NCBI GenBank assembly: GCA_900617105.1
Contig: UYFQ01000129.1
Span: 1 to 62,334, forward strand
Reading direction: 5' to 3'
DNA length: 62,334 bases
Source: Hydrurus foetidus
Lineage: Eukaryota
The position numbers and the translations under genes were made by a program. Within the stretch, counting starts at the first letter, position 1; the number at the start of each line of letters is the position of its first letter. The notes beneath the pieces were generated by a model. It was not told where the DNA came from. It did not search any database and saw only the letters and a list, made by a program, of their open reading frames with translations. Positions 1 through 13,865 of the stretch are shown piece after piece.

Positions 1-617
1 CTTGCTCACAATCAGTGTTGCATAGTCAGGTTCAATCAGGATTGAAAAGTTACATCATGTATCAGATAAAAAAGTTCGCTTCCAAAAAATATATAGCGCA
101 ACGAGATTCACGACTCCTTGCGGATTATGCATGTTCCGCTTCAGCCTGCAAGTTGAGCCTCTTCTCACTTTGATTCCCATGTCTACTGCGATAAATCCAC
201 TGGCTCGGCAGTTGAAGTCGAAGATCCGCAGCATGACTGTAATGTGAGGATAAAATCTCAGAAGTCAATTCTAAAATCAACCAGACCTCGTGGCCTGCGG
301 CACATTTCAAAAATCGATTTCACATACAAATCATAGCAGCAATCTCTTTAGAAAATGACGTCATCATCATCTCCTGAGAAATTGCTCAGCTCCAAACGTA
401 CCATGTCGAAAACGATGACGACTTCTTTCGAAACTTCCAGCGATGCGATCAGGACTCGGACAGATGAAATCTTCGGGGGAATGGAAGCAGATATCAGCAG
501 CTACAAAACTCTCTACTGAGAATTGCAGAGTGAGCTTTTTTGATAATGTAGTTGTGCTGTGACTGCAAAAGCCTCATAATAGAGAATATGCTGATCTTCG
601 GACAAAAAGGAGTCCTA

Positions 618-1795
618 TGTCACGGGTATACACTCAACCCCTCCGCAAACAAAGGGACGGCGACGGTAACTAAACGGGAGAATTTATTTTGCGGGGAGGT
701 TTTTTCGTTTTTTTGAGAGAGGTCAAAATAACTGTTACTTGATTCTGCGGTCAAAAACACGAATACGCCGCAATTTTTTTTTTCTGAGGCACCGTTTAGT
801 TTTGACCGGCACAATATAGAGGTATAGGTTCTCTGGACAGCAACCGGTCGGTCCATAGTACAGTCTCCCATTCCCATGTCCACATCACTCATTATGAGAG
901 TCGCAAGTCTCGTTGCATAGCTACTCTAGATACACGCATCATATCTTTTCAAACCTGCGATCTCGACTTGATCGCGGCGTTTGATCACTACACCTGCTTG
1001 CTAATCATTGCAGCAGCGTAGCATGTTTTTATTTACGTAACGGAAACTAACGTTCACGACAAGGATATGACTTGAAGCTGGAACTCTCAGATCCCTTGCG
1101 GAAATGCCGACGAAGAAACAATTCGATCTTTCAATGTCTCGAGGAATGAAGGGGATATCGAGCCAGATTGCGAATTACGGTTGGGTGCAGAATGTGCTCT
1201 CGATCGGTTATCATTTCCTGATTTTTCATCAGGAAATGGCAAACAATTTCGGAGTTCAGCATATTGAGTTCAGTGAAAGAGCATTGGAGAAGAGATGGAG
1301 GCGCGTCGAAAAGCTCCTGTATTTACTCATGATTTCTTCGGAGCATTAGTTAGGCCAATCGACGCGATCACGATCCCAACGAACATTGCAGCATTACAGG
1401 CACAAGAACATCAGCAGTGGCCAATGGATGAGGACAACACCGTCAGAATTGCAACGTGCACAGGATTTTATCGCCGATCTCATTTACATTTGGTCAGGGA
1501 GGGGCATTTAGTATATTGCTTGGAGTTTTCCCTCCTGCCGTCCACGCAACCTTAGATCAGATGCCAGATATAGTGGCTACGAAAGTATGAGTAGTCAATG
1601 GCTCTGGATGGGAAAGTAGGAGAGGGGATGTCTAGAGGTAGTGCTTAGTTACGGCAGGGGAAGCTAGAAGCTAGGGTTAACTTCTACGTGGAGGCTGTAA
1701 GTGGCTACGACGATACAACAGACTGTAGTGTACAGTGGGTAGTGTACCGTAGTACTATCCGGTAGGATCGGGACCTTGGACCCGGAACTACCACA
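618..1795 (-). repeat. Putative 3' LTR (~1.18 kb) of the Gypsy element
   Basis: Minus strand reads TGTGG...GTGACA (TG..CA ends), directly after a purine run at 1796-1820. No second LTR in the window to confirm the boundaries. Confidence 0.7.
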
Positions 1796-1820
1796 CTACC
1801 CCTACTTCTCTTTCTTTCTC
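1796..1820 (-). other. Polypurine tract
   Basis: Minus strand GAGAAAGAAAGAGAAGTAGGGGTAG abuts the TG start of the LTR, ~350 bp past the integrase stop. Confidence 0.75.
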
Positions 1821-2166
1821 AAAGAAAAACCTAAACTACACTAAACTATGGCGAAACCCCCGTTTCTTTGTTTGAAAATACCAATATTTAACTAATAACA
1901 TAAATGATAACGGAAAACGAAAATCAAAAATATGTACAATATGTACAATACATACAAATGTGCAAGTATTTACAAAAGAAATTTCGAAGGGGTTTCGAAA
2001 ATCGTGAGAAAGATAATGATAAGGGAGGATGTACAAAATAGAATCGTTCTGTTGTACGAGGGTCAAACGTAATTATGTCAGATTTTTACTGACTAAAAAA
2101 CCATAAAAATCCCTCGTGAGGGCAAAAATTAGGCCAAAAAATCTTCAAAAGATATTACGTTTGAGC

Positions 2167-5100
2167 TCAAACCTCGGTGGTTGATCCCTCAATATTCCTG
2201 GGAACAAAACGCGACATGTTATTGTTCCTCAAGTATACATGGAGTGCGTCACAGAGCCGGAGATTCTTCCAAGGCTCCCATGTATTATGTGAGTTATCAT
2301 AGTTGAGCCATTTCACATGGAACGACATCGTAGTCGGTTTCTTTGTTTCACCCAAGTGATTAAGAACTTTCTCAACGCAATACTCCATGTAATCGCGACG
2401 TGCTGTATCAGCAGGTAAGCCCATCGAAGGGTCATAATTGAAAATCTTAAGATTCGTTACATGTACACTATTGTATTTATGTGTAATTAAGTTCGCGAGA
2501 ACATACTCGGATCCTTTAAAGGATACAACACGGAAAGGGCCTTTCCATTTAGTGTGTAATCGAGTTGGAGGGTGATCTTGTTTTACCAAAACATACGACC
2601 CTATAGGGAACACTGTCAAACCGGATATATTTTTTGTGTGCTTTTCAGCACATTTTTGAAGCGAATCGATCGCCGCATCAAGGACCTTGTCCTGTACTTC
2701 GATTAAATCAGCAATATATGTTGAATTTGAAGATGATACCATTGGTAACAAATGAGGTGTTAAAATTCCTCGATTCAAATCAAGTTTATCCGCGAATAGG
2801 ATAGATGCTGGACTTGCACCCGTACGTTTATTAACTGAACTATTTATAATTCGTTGTACGAACGGAATGCATTTTGCATAATGGACAAGAGACGGTGTAT
2901 CGAACACCAGTCCTTTCAAATGTCTATTTATCTCTTTATTGACTCGTTCAACAATCGCATTCTCCTGAGAGGAGTAAGCTAGAGTGAGGTTATGGGGCGT
3001 ACCCGTAAGATCTAAGAACTCTTTTATGAGATCATTAGCGAAATGGGATCCACGATCCGATCTTATCATGTTTGGCGAACCGAATCGACCAAAATGTGTT
3101 AATAAACTTTCCGCTGCAGATTCGGCAGTAGCGTCCTTACACCAGAACATTTCTGTCCATCTGGAGAAGGTGTCAATTATGACGAGAATATACCCCTTAT
3201 CGGGAAAAGGACCCACAAAGTCAATATTCAACGTATCGAAAATTGCGTGAGTAGAAGTTGAAAAATGAGCTGCATTGATTTTCGCATCAACCGCACTTAG
3301 TTTTTGACAACAAGGACAGTTACGTATGTATGAACGTACGTGCTGTTTCATATTTTTCCACACTTGGTTTAGACTGTAAAGTCGAGTGAGGGTTCGGTCG
3401 ACACCGTTGTGACCAACAATTGCATTGTGGCACATTTGAATATGAAGTATTTGTTCATCTGTGGCCGGTTCGATAACCGTTAAAGCCGCCACACTTGTGG
3501 AAGAAGATGAAGATGATGATGAAAACATCTCTGACAATTGTCAACGGTAGAGCAATCTCAGTAAGATTTGGACATAAACGTGACAGCGCATCGGCTAGTT
3601 CGTTATCCGATCCTTTAACAAAATGAACGGTGAAATCGAGTTCTTGCATTGCAATGAACCACCGTGCTACCATCGAAGTAGGGTTTTGTTTCATATATGT
3701 CAAATTCATATGATCAGTATGAATAGTGAATTTCCTATCTCGGATAAGATAATCCAATTGTTGGCAGCAATAAAAGATAGCGTAAGCCTCCTTTTGTATT
3801 GTTGACCAATTAATCTGAGATGCAGATAGAGATTTGCTAATAAAAGCGATTGGTTTCCATTCGTCATTAATGACTTGGAATAATACACCACCGATTCCAT
3901 AATCAGATGCATCAGTATATAATCTGATGGGTGAAGTTTCATCGATGAAATACATCAATGGACAACGAGATACAGCGATCTTTGTCTCATTGAATGCGTT
4001 TGTCCCTTCGAGGGTCCAAAAAATTGGAGAGCGTTTAACCGCCTTTGGGTCCACCATCATGTGAAGTGGTTTTACCATTTCCGAGTGAAAAGGAACGAAT
4101 TGACGGAAATAATTGGCTAAGCCAAGGAATCCCCGTAATGCCGTAACTTCTTTTGGAAGTGGAAAGTTGAGAACTGTCTCAATCTTTTCTTTCGACATGG
4201 ATAAACCATCTTTGTCGATGACTCGTCCAACGTATTCGATACGTTTAAGACCGAATCGGCATTTCTTTGCTTTGAGTTTAAGATTTTTAAGTCTAAATCT
4301 CTCAAAGACTTTCCTCAAGTTCAAAAGAAACTCTGCTTCGCCCCGGCCATATACAATGCAATCGTCGAGATACATCTCGCAACAGCTGTATATGAGACCG
4401 TGAAGGACCGTTGTCACCATCTGCTCTTGAAAGTAAGAGGGGGCCAAAAGGCAATCTTGTGAATTGAAACACCCCCATGAAACATATAAATGCCGTATAG
4501 ATTCGGTGGGGTGTATATAAAGGAGCTTGATGGTAACCCGCGGTTAAATCCATCACCCCATAAATATCCGGTTTTCGATTACCGATCCTCTCAAAGAGGT
4601 GTTTGATATTTGGTAGTGGAAAGGAGGCCGGCTCAATGCATTCATTGAGTGCTCGATAATCGATGCAGGTTCGATATGTATCGGCTGTCTTATTTACCAT
4701 TACAGGATGACTGTAGTATGCAGCGTTCGACCTCTCGATCACACCATCTTCCAACATCTCTTCGATAGAAGTGCGGAGATAATGTTCCTTTTTAGAGGAT
4801 TGGGGTCGCACTGGTGCGTGGTTCGATGGAACCTCCCATTTCTGCCGTGGCAGGTTTATCTCAAACGGCTTGAGGTCAGCAGCTTGCGGAGCTAGCTTAT
4901 CACTGAATATATCAGCGAATTCAGAACAGAGAGTACGGAGATCCTTTTGAAGGCTTTCATCTCCTTCAAAATGAATCTGAGACAAGAAATCATCCGGCCC
5001 ATTGGGCGGTACATTCCGGCACGTCTTGTCACGCAAGAAAGGTGCGAAGGTATCAGTTTTATCATCGTCAATCTCGTCAACGGAGAGTGCGACACCGCTT

Positions 5101-6195
5101 GGCCATATGGCTTCCGCGTCATAGTCTGATGTAACAGTGTCCCCAGAGGTATGTGTGAGGATGGGAATCGAGTCACCATCTAGGTGCGGGTATCACCCGT
5201 ACGTTTCGCGAGTACAGTCGAGACACTGTCCAGTCGCTGACAACCCACATCACCACATGGACTTTGGGTAGCTACTCCCTTGGTACCATCCTGGGTAACG
5301 TTACACGTGAACGTTGTATGACAACCTGACCCTACGACTTCCTTGGTTAGAGGTGCGTGCAGAATGGCCTTCTTAGGTGTTGGCATTGGGCATAGACCGT
5401 ATGGTTCTTTCCGATCCGAAAGTCTGCTTTTGTGATACCCTTTAACATATCGTATGTTGGTGTAATCGACTCCACTTCCGGTTCTTCGGGTATGAAACCC
5501 TCAGATATCATACGTCTGGTATATTTGTGCCAGTGAAGCGGGTCAAGCTTGGCTATCGCTTCCCTTTCTTCAAACTCGAGCCAACGAGCATCACGCTTCC
5601 TTTTGTTCTCGGCACTAAGCTCGGGAGAAATGCCAAAAGCGAAAGGTGTTAATGACATAAAATCATATTTATTTACAGTTTTTCGACTTAATAAAAGTTC
5701 AATGTCTGTGTTCCTATTAACCCGCATCGTTAAAGGAATGGTATGACATTCGCCGTCATAAGAATGAAATTTAAGAATTAAATCAATCATTTCGTTATTT
5801 ATATAGCACTGGCCATCGAGACCAGAGCAAACAGTAATGGCTTTAGAAGCTGTATAACAGTCATGTTTAGCATTCAATTTATCAATCATAGTGAAAGAAA
5901 TAAAATCCTCGGAGTAATTGGCTGTATCGAGTACGGCCTTGCCCACAATGCGTCGTACGCTAGATTGGCGCTCCTTATCCTTATCCTGTACCAAAACCGT
6001 TACGTTGAGATGGTCAGAAGGTAGAATTGATGGATCATGCAAAAATTCATCGGGAATAAATGCTGGAATGACCGATGCAGTAATGCATGATACTGAATGC
6101 TCTATGTCAGTGACATCAGATGAATCGACATCATGATCATATGTACCTTGTTGGTTTGCAGAGCCGTTGCTCGCAGGTTGATATTTCCTTAGGAT
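2167..6195 (-). pseudogene. Frameshifted Gypsy pol
   Basis: Consecutive pol motifs lie in different frames (ORFs 5347-6042, 4302-5036, 3455-4447, 2167-3537); small deletion between LPFGP and APSYFQ near 4440. Confidence 0.9.
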
Positions 6196-6377
6196 TCATT
6201 CTCTTTTTCTCACTCTCACTCAGTCTCCTCTTCTGTCTCTATCTCTTCGTTTCACTCTTTTTCTCTCTTCAACCCTCTCGAACTTTTCTTCCTTCCCTTC
6301 TCTTACTCTTTGCCATACTCCTTCTCTTCCTCTACCTCTTTCTCTTCCTGCCACTCACGTTATCTCTCACTGTTAAG

Positions 6378-9300
6378 GATGAGTGGTGACGTGGGCAGCG
6401 GTCACTTAGAATCTGCGCTCAAGTTTTCTCTGCTGCAAGAGTACAACCCTTCTTCAGGCACATCGCACTATAGGTATGGCTGATCTAGAGTGATGTGATG
6501 TGATGTGATGTGATGAGGTGTGATGTAATGTGATGTGATGAGATATGATGTGATGTGATGAGGTGTGGTGTGATGTGATCTGATCTGATGTGGTGCGATG
6601 TGATGTGATGTGATGTGATGTGATGTGATGTGGTAAAACGTGATATTTATGTTATATTATGCGATGTGATATGATCTGATATCGTCTGATTTTGTTTCGC
6701 CTGATCTTTTTGATCTGATCCGCTCTGCTCTGCTCTGCAGGCAGTCATGCAATGACGAACTGTACATCATTCAGCTGCCAACACACCTGCCTAATTTCCC
6801 TTAGTGCACCCCACCTCGTATCCATCACATGACTTCACTTCACATCACTTTGCATTGCCTAATCTCGCCTAGCCTCGACTCATTCATGACCGATCGCATC
6901 TTCTGCCTAATTTGATCTCACCGCACTTGAAGTCACCACACCTCACCTTAACTCACCTTTAACCACCTCAACTCACCTCACTTAACCTCACTTCACCTCA
7001 CATCGTTGTCACAGATACATCGCGCTGCGTGTGTTGGAGCTGGTGGTGTCAGTGGACTATGCGTCACTTCAACTGCTCGTACTTGACCTAGGTGCTGACT
7101 TCTCTTTCGTCAGGTAACAAAGGAAAAGTGTAGTGTAGTGTAGTGTAGTCGCGTAGTGTATCGTCGTGTAGTGTAGTGCAGTGTATTGTAGTGTAGTGTA
7201 GTGTAGTGTAGCATATTGAATTGCATTCATAGTAGAGACCATTTTATCAATCAAAACCCACCATCGACTTGGTCTTCTCCCCCTACCTGCATATTGTTGC
7301 TTTCAGTGGCTGAGCATGAGATTTACTCAACGCAACGCCTCTATCAGTAATCTTTGTATTAATTCAAGTTTCTCCTTTTGTCTAGTTGCATCCTTATCTT
7401 ATCTTATCTTATCTTGTCTTATCTTATCTTATCTTATCTTATCTTGTCTTATCTTATCTTATCTGCTGCTTTTCTTTCCTTCGCTTCACTTCTCAACTCC
7501 TCTCCTCCCCTTTCTCCTCTGATCTCCCCCCCTCTCAGTCGTGAGCAGCAGCTAGCCGTCAAGGAGCCGAGTCAGTGGGCAGACGAGTTCTCACTTGCAG
7601 TGCTGAGTCCCGAGAGAAGACTGCAAGTACGCATTGCATCATATCATGCTGCACTACACTATGTCATGCTATGCTACACCATACTATACTACTATACTAT
7701 ACTATGCTCATACGATGTCATTCATCCTATTAAACTCAAACGTGCTGACCTCATTCACACACTTATTTTGTTCTCCTATTCACACGCACCTCCTATTCCC
7801 CTTCTTCTTCTTCTTCTTCTTCTTCTTCTTCTTCTTCTTCTTCTTCTTCTTCTTCTTCCTCCTCCACTTCTTCTTCTTCTCCTTCTTCTTCTTCTTCTTC
7901 TTCTTCTTCTTCTTCTTCTTCCTCCTCCACTTCTTCTTCTTCTTCTTCTTCTTCTCCTTCTCCTTCTTCTACACACGTACAGGTGGTGGATGTGTACAAA
8001 TCCCAGCTGTCTGCCAGAGCTCCCAAGATTCTCATTGAGAACCTTGTGATACATCCTATGAAGGTGAGAGAGAGAGTTAATGAGAGTTAGTACCTTTCTC
8101 TTCCCTCCCCTCCCGCTAATGTTCTAGCGCCTCTTTCCCCGTTCATCCGCACAGATCACTCTGTCCTTCATCCAGTCCACACTGCCTAGACAACAGAGCA
8201 ACAAGAACGATGCAATGGCAATTGCTGTAGGTGCTCTCTCCTACATCCCTGTATTCGCCAATCTGGACAAGGTAGCAGACTTGTTCTATTTGTTTCTGTC
8301 CTCTTTTCTCCTTCTATTTTTTACTCATTTTGTTAATATTGTTGTTATCATTATTATTAATACTGTTATTGTTAATGTCATTTTTAACGTAATTTCTCGA
8401 GCTCTTACTTCTTTATATTTATCTCAGTCAAGTGACTATTCAGCTATGCAACTACATGACTTCGTGTTTATCATTTCCTCCTCTGTTTTCTTGCTCTACT
8501 GAGGAAAATTGTACTGATACCGGATTTTTATCTGAAATTAGTGACTTCATTAACCGTTCTTCCCTGCCCTTTCCTCCCCTTCCCTTCCCTCCCCTTCCCT
8601 TCCCTCCCCTTCCCTTCCCTTCCCTCCCCTTCGCACTACCAGTAAAATAACTACCCCTATATCTGCCTGATAATCTTTCCTGCAGCAATATTAATGTAAC
8701 TAAATTTGAATTTGTTTTATAATCTGTTAATTATATTGGCACTATTGTTCGTAACTTCCTCTCATCTTCTTGCTAGGTCACTCTTCGCTTGAATTCCTTC
8801 ATTGTGGAGGATGCGATGGAGAGTCTGCCCTCTTTAACCACCAGAGTTAAAGCTGCAGTACTCAGGTATATATTCTTTGTTTTGTCTTGTCTTGTCTTGT
8901 CTTGTCTTGTCTTGTCTTGTCTTGTTTTGTTTTGTTTTGTTGTCTCTCTCCCCTCTCTCTGTCTCACTTTCTCTCCACTTGTTTACCTCTCATCCTCGCT
9001 CCTGACCACCCTTGATAAGCCATCACTCCCTCTCTCCCCCTCTTTCACTTCCTCTCCCCCTCTCATTCCTTCCTACCCTCCTCCTCTTCATCTCTCCCTC
9101 CTCTCCCTTCCTCCTCTCCCTCTCCTTCTTCCTTCCTCTCGCCACCTCTCTCCCGCTCCTTTCCCTCTCTCGCTCCTTCTTCCCTTTTTCCTCCTCCCCC
9201 ATTCCTCATCATTTCTTAGAGACTTAGAGAGCCAGATAGCCCGACTGGCCGGCTCACTCTCTGCGATAGGAAGACCGGTGGGTCTCGTTAGGAACATTGG

Positions 9301-12300
9301 AGGGGGAGTGCAGGCATTCTTCTACGAGGTTAGGGCACGGAGAATGTGCAATAGAGATTGACTTTTTGAGATTTCTTTACACTCCATGTTGATCTCCTTC
9401 TCCTCTTCCTTCTCGTCTTGTTTTCTTTCTCTTAACATAGCTTCACTTAAGTCTTTTCTTCCTTCTGACTTCTGCATTTATTTCTGCTGCTCATTTCCCT
9501 CGTTTAGAGCCTATCACTATTTCTCAACAATCATGCCTTGACCAATTGCTTATCACATTTCTTATGCAGCGTCCCCGTTACCTTCTGTCAATTTCCCTCC
9601 CCACCTCTCCTCTCCTCTCCCGCCATCGCCCCCCTTCTCTCTTTACCTGTCCCCTTGTCTTTTCTCACCTCCTCAACTCTTGTCTCCTCTACGCTCTCAC
9701 ACTATTCCTTGCCAACATTTCGTCTTTTCTTCTCTTTCTCCATTTCAATCTCTTTCTCTCTTCTTCTTTTTGCTTTAGCCATACCAAGGATTGATCCACG
9801 GACCTCAGTCCTTTGTGATTGGAATCGGCAAGGGTGCGGGGTCGCTGGTAGGAGGGGTAGTCAGCGGAGCACTCACGAGTGCATTCGCTGTGGTGAGTCT
9901 GTGCGTACGTGTGTGCGTGTGTTTGTATGTATGTGTGTGTATGTGTGTGTGTGGGGGGGGACGGGGGGACGGGACGGGACGGGACGGGACGGGACGTACA
10001 GAGAGTATGTCAGTGAGTTAGGTAGCGAGAAAAAGAGGAAATTAGGAAGGGAGGGAGACAGGGCATCGCTGCACTGTTCGTAACTATGCTTGTTGTATTA
10101 GGAAATAGAGACCGAAGTATTTGATTCTGTTCTGTACTCCTTATTCCCTCTCTCCTCCTTCCTCTAACTCACCGTAATGACAACACATGTAAGGTGAGCA
10201 CTGCGACACAAGGAGTGGCGAGAGGCATCTCCTATTTCGGAGATGAGCAGTTCGTACAGGTAACAAAACAGTGTACGTGCCCACTGTATGTATGACTGAG
10301 AGTGGGAATGATAGTTATATGAGTGAGGAGCGTGATCGATGGGGAGGAAGGAGGGTAAAATAGGATTGTTCGACGTGTGGGATGGGACGCACACGTATCT
10401 TCTCTCTCTCTCTCTTTCTTTCTTTGCCCTTCTTAATTCACTGGGACGCCCTTTCTTTTCCTTTTACCTCCATTCCTATCGCTTGCTCCACCCCCATCAC
10501 ATCACACCACGTCACATCACATCTCTACCCTAATTCATCTTCCTCTCGTTCTCATTCCAATGCGTTACATCAAATCACGACCTTCACCTTCACTTTCTGC
10601 TCGTTCCCCTTTACCTTCACCCAGATGAGGTCATCAACATCACCTCCATCCTCACACTCACGTTACCTTTTCCTTCTCCCTCTCCATCACCCTCTTCTCC
10701 CTCTACCCCTTCACCTTCTCCCTCCTTCTCCCCACCCCTTCACCTTCACCTACACCTACACCCTCTCCTTCCCCTTCACCCTCACCTCCCTCTCCTTTCC
10801 CTTCTCCTCCCAGATGAGGGCAGAGAAGTACAAGAGAGCCACAGATGCAGCCAGAGAAGGGATCTTACCCGGATTCTTGGAAGGGGGAGGATCCCTTGTA
10901 ACGGGCATAGCATCCGGTGTAACCGGTCTGTTCTCGCGGCCAATAGAGGTGAAGAAGATAAAATGCTTAAATGCATGTAAATATAAATATAAATATAAAT
11001 ATGGATATGAATATATAAATATGAAATATGAATATAATAATAAATGTGAATAAATATGTAATAAATGTAATAAAACTAAGTATAAACATAATAAAATAAT
11101 ATAATAAATGCTCCATCTAATGTGATAAAATGTCTGTCAAATATAATGTAAATATAAATATAATAAAATATAATGTAATGTAATGTGATAGTATAATAAA
11201 TATCTTAATAAAGAATGATGTGATGAGGTGTGATGTGATGTAATGTGATGTGATGTGATGTGATGTGATGTGGTGTGATGAGATGCGATGTGGTGTGGTG
11301 TGGTGTGATGTGGTGTGATGAGATGAGATGAGGTTAAGTACTGTCATCTCAAGCTATGCCATATTATCTTTCAATTTTACACAATGTTAGCTGCACGCTA
11401 CCATTTTATTTTATTCACTGTTCTGTCTCCTACTCCACTCTCTCACTTTTGTTCTTTCCTCTCTCCCTCTCTCATTCTCTTTTCTCAGGGAGCATTGAAA
11501 AGTGGTCCATCTGGATTTGTGATAGGGATAGGACTAGGTGTAGTTGGTGTCGCTGTGAGCCCGATGTTAGGTGTGACTGATGGTCTTAACTCAGTCGCTC
11601 AGACGATCTTCATCCAGTCGGCAGAAGGTTGTCTACGCCTCCCTGTACGGCCTGCACGTACACTAAATTGCCCTGAAGTACTTACGCCACAGCCGTATCC
11701 TATGGTAGGCAGTGCCTTGGTACTCCCTGCTTTAGATTTGAATGCCTGCAAGGCGCAAGCAGCTGTGTTGCTGATGGCCAAGAAGAGAGGACAGAAGGAT
11801 TCCTTCGTGGGGTTTCTTAGTTTGGTAAGTACTGCTCAACATTATGCTACGCTATTCTATACCATGCCATGCTATGCTACGCTATGCTATGCTGTCTTTG
11901 TGCAGGTCTTTGTCTTTGTCTTTGTCTTTGTCTTTGTCTTTGTGCTTTGTCTTTGTCTTTAATGCGTTCTTTGTCTTTAATGCTGGGCCTGTCTTTGTCT
12001 TTATTACTGTCTTGTGTGAGGGCTATGCTATGCAATGCTTGTGCTTTAATAACTGTCTTTGTCTTTGTCTTTGTCTTTGTCTTTGTCTTTGTCTTTAATG
12101 CTTGTGTAATGATGCTGTCTTTGTCTTTGTCTTGTGCGTTCTTTGTCTTTAATCTTCGAGAGACTGTCTTTGTCTTTGTAATGCTGATAACTGTCTTTGA
12201 GCTATGCTATGCTATTAGCTGTGTAATGCTGTCTTTGTCTTTGTCTTTGTCTTTGTCTTTGTGTCTTCCCAATGTGTCTTTGTCTTCAATGTGTCTTTGT

Positions 12301-13438
12301 CTTTGTCTTTGTCTTTGTCTTTGTCTTTGTCTTTGTCTTCTGTCTTCTGTCTTATGTATGCTAATGCTGGGCTATGCTATGCTTTGTGAACTGTGCTGCA
12401 TTGTCTATGCTATGCTATGCTATGCTATGCTATGCTATGCTATGCTATGCTATGCTATGCTATGCTATGCCATGCTATGCAATGCTATGCTACTCCATGC
12501 GATGCGATGCTATGCTATGCTATGCTATGCTACGCTATTTCATGTCATGGAACTTAGTTGAATTAGACTGAGTTGAATCGCTGATACTTGTAGGCTGCGA
12601 TTTATCCCGCGATATATTATTATTTATCGTGACAGATTTCATCATGTTACACACCATACCGTGCATTCATCAATATCTTGCCATCTGATCTTTTTTAATC
12701 CCATCTCATCTCATAACACAACAACCCATTTCGTCTGATAACCTCTCATCTCCTTATTTTGTCTCTTTTTCCTCTCCGTAGGCGAGCTCTGCCAAAGGCA
12801 CTATGAACCTCGAAGATTCCAAACATCCCGCTGTCATCCTCTCTTCTCGATATCTCATACTACGCGCCTTAGAAGAAATCATACCCCAGGGCCCTCCCCC
12901 TCCCACTTCGAACCCCTTACCCCTATCCCAACACGGTCTGTTCTCCTGGGGGGGTAGTAGTGAGTGGGGATTGGAGGTGCTGCCGTGGACCGGTATCTCT
13001 CATTTCCTCTCCTTCGGCCCTTACTCCTATCCTCGAACGTCACTGCAGAGCGAGAACGAGAACGAGAATGAGAATGAGGATTGCTCTGAAGAGAAAGGAC
13101 AGTTAAGTGCTACCCAACCTGCAGTTGAAGTTGAAGTCAGAGAATCTTCTCCGTCTGGCATCAACATGTGGACGGGCAGCCATCCATCACTGCACCCACT
13201 AGTCATCCCCCCAGGGGCTAAAGTAGAAGTTGATGGTGATGTTGAGGGTGAGGGGGATAGCGACAGACAGGGAGATGCCAGCCCAACGACCCAGGGTCTG
13301 TGGGGTGTTGTTGTTGTGACCTCGGGTGGAGAACTAGCAGTGCATTGCCCCACACAGAAGTGTTCTCTTGCTCTTTGTGCGCTACTGCAGAGCAACGTGA
13401 TGAGAGTGAAGAGGCCGGAGATGTGCATCTTATACTGA
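6378..13438 (+). CDS. VPS13: VPS13-family lipid transfer protein, C-terminal portion (about 12 exons; 5' part not in window)
   Basis: Spliced exons give RYIALRVLELVVSVD, ILIENLVIHPMKITLSF, ANLDKVTLRLNS, AIGRPVGLVRNIGGGVQAFFYEPYQGLIHGPQSFVIGIGKG, GIASGVTGLFSRPIEGALKSGPSGFVIGIGLGVVGVAVSP, typical of VPS13_C/ATG_C regions. GT-AG boundaries; stop at 13436-13438. Confidence 0.9.
7801..7969. repeat. (CTT)n microsatellite in a VPS13 intron
   Basis: Direct reading. Confidence 0.95.
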
Positions 13439-13865
13439 AGCGAGAACAGACAAGATGAGATGAGACAAGGAGAGGAGTGAAAGGAAAGGAAAGAGGATGA
13501 TAAGTGTCACGGGAGAGACTGCCAGGTCAGGTCAGGTCAGGTCAGGAGAGGGTAGACAACTTCACATGTCACCATCCAGGTATCAGACGTACGAAGCGTC
13601 ATCACTTGTCGTCACTAGAGATGACAGACGAGTGGAGAAAGGAGAAGAGGTGCGTGCAGAATGGAACATTAAGGGAAAGAAATCTTCTCGTGAATAGTGT
13701 GCGAGATTCTGCCACACCGCCACGTCTGCTGCACTGTACATTAAGTACGTTACCTTACGTGCAAAGCTTTAATTCAATTCAGTACATGATGTACTGCAAC
13801 ATGCAAGACAACTCAACACAACGGGATTGTACAATATTTTACAGTCCAATACAATGCATTGCAAT

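Larger units (their letters stand above)
618..6195 (-). mobile_element. 5'-truncated, decayed Ty3/Gypsy chromovirus LTR retrotransposon (PR-RT-RH-IN-chromodomain plus 3' LTR; no gag or 5' LTR)
   Basis: Protease AVLDTAN (5347-6042); RT LPFG and YLDD; RNase H TDASDYGIG and NELADALSR; integrase HHCC, IDFVGPF, SDRGSHF, ERVN, KGPF; chromodomain VEKVL..FHVKWLNYDNSHNTWEP. Pol is split by several frameshifts and the reading frame stops at ~6195 in a host pyrimidine tract. Confidence 0.95.

Noticed and set aside
7316..8054. Poly-L/F/E/R ORFs
   Set aside because: Translations of (CTT)n and (CTTAT)n intronic repeats; only the short VPS13 exons are coding.
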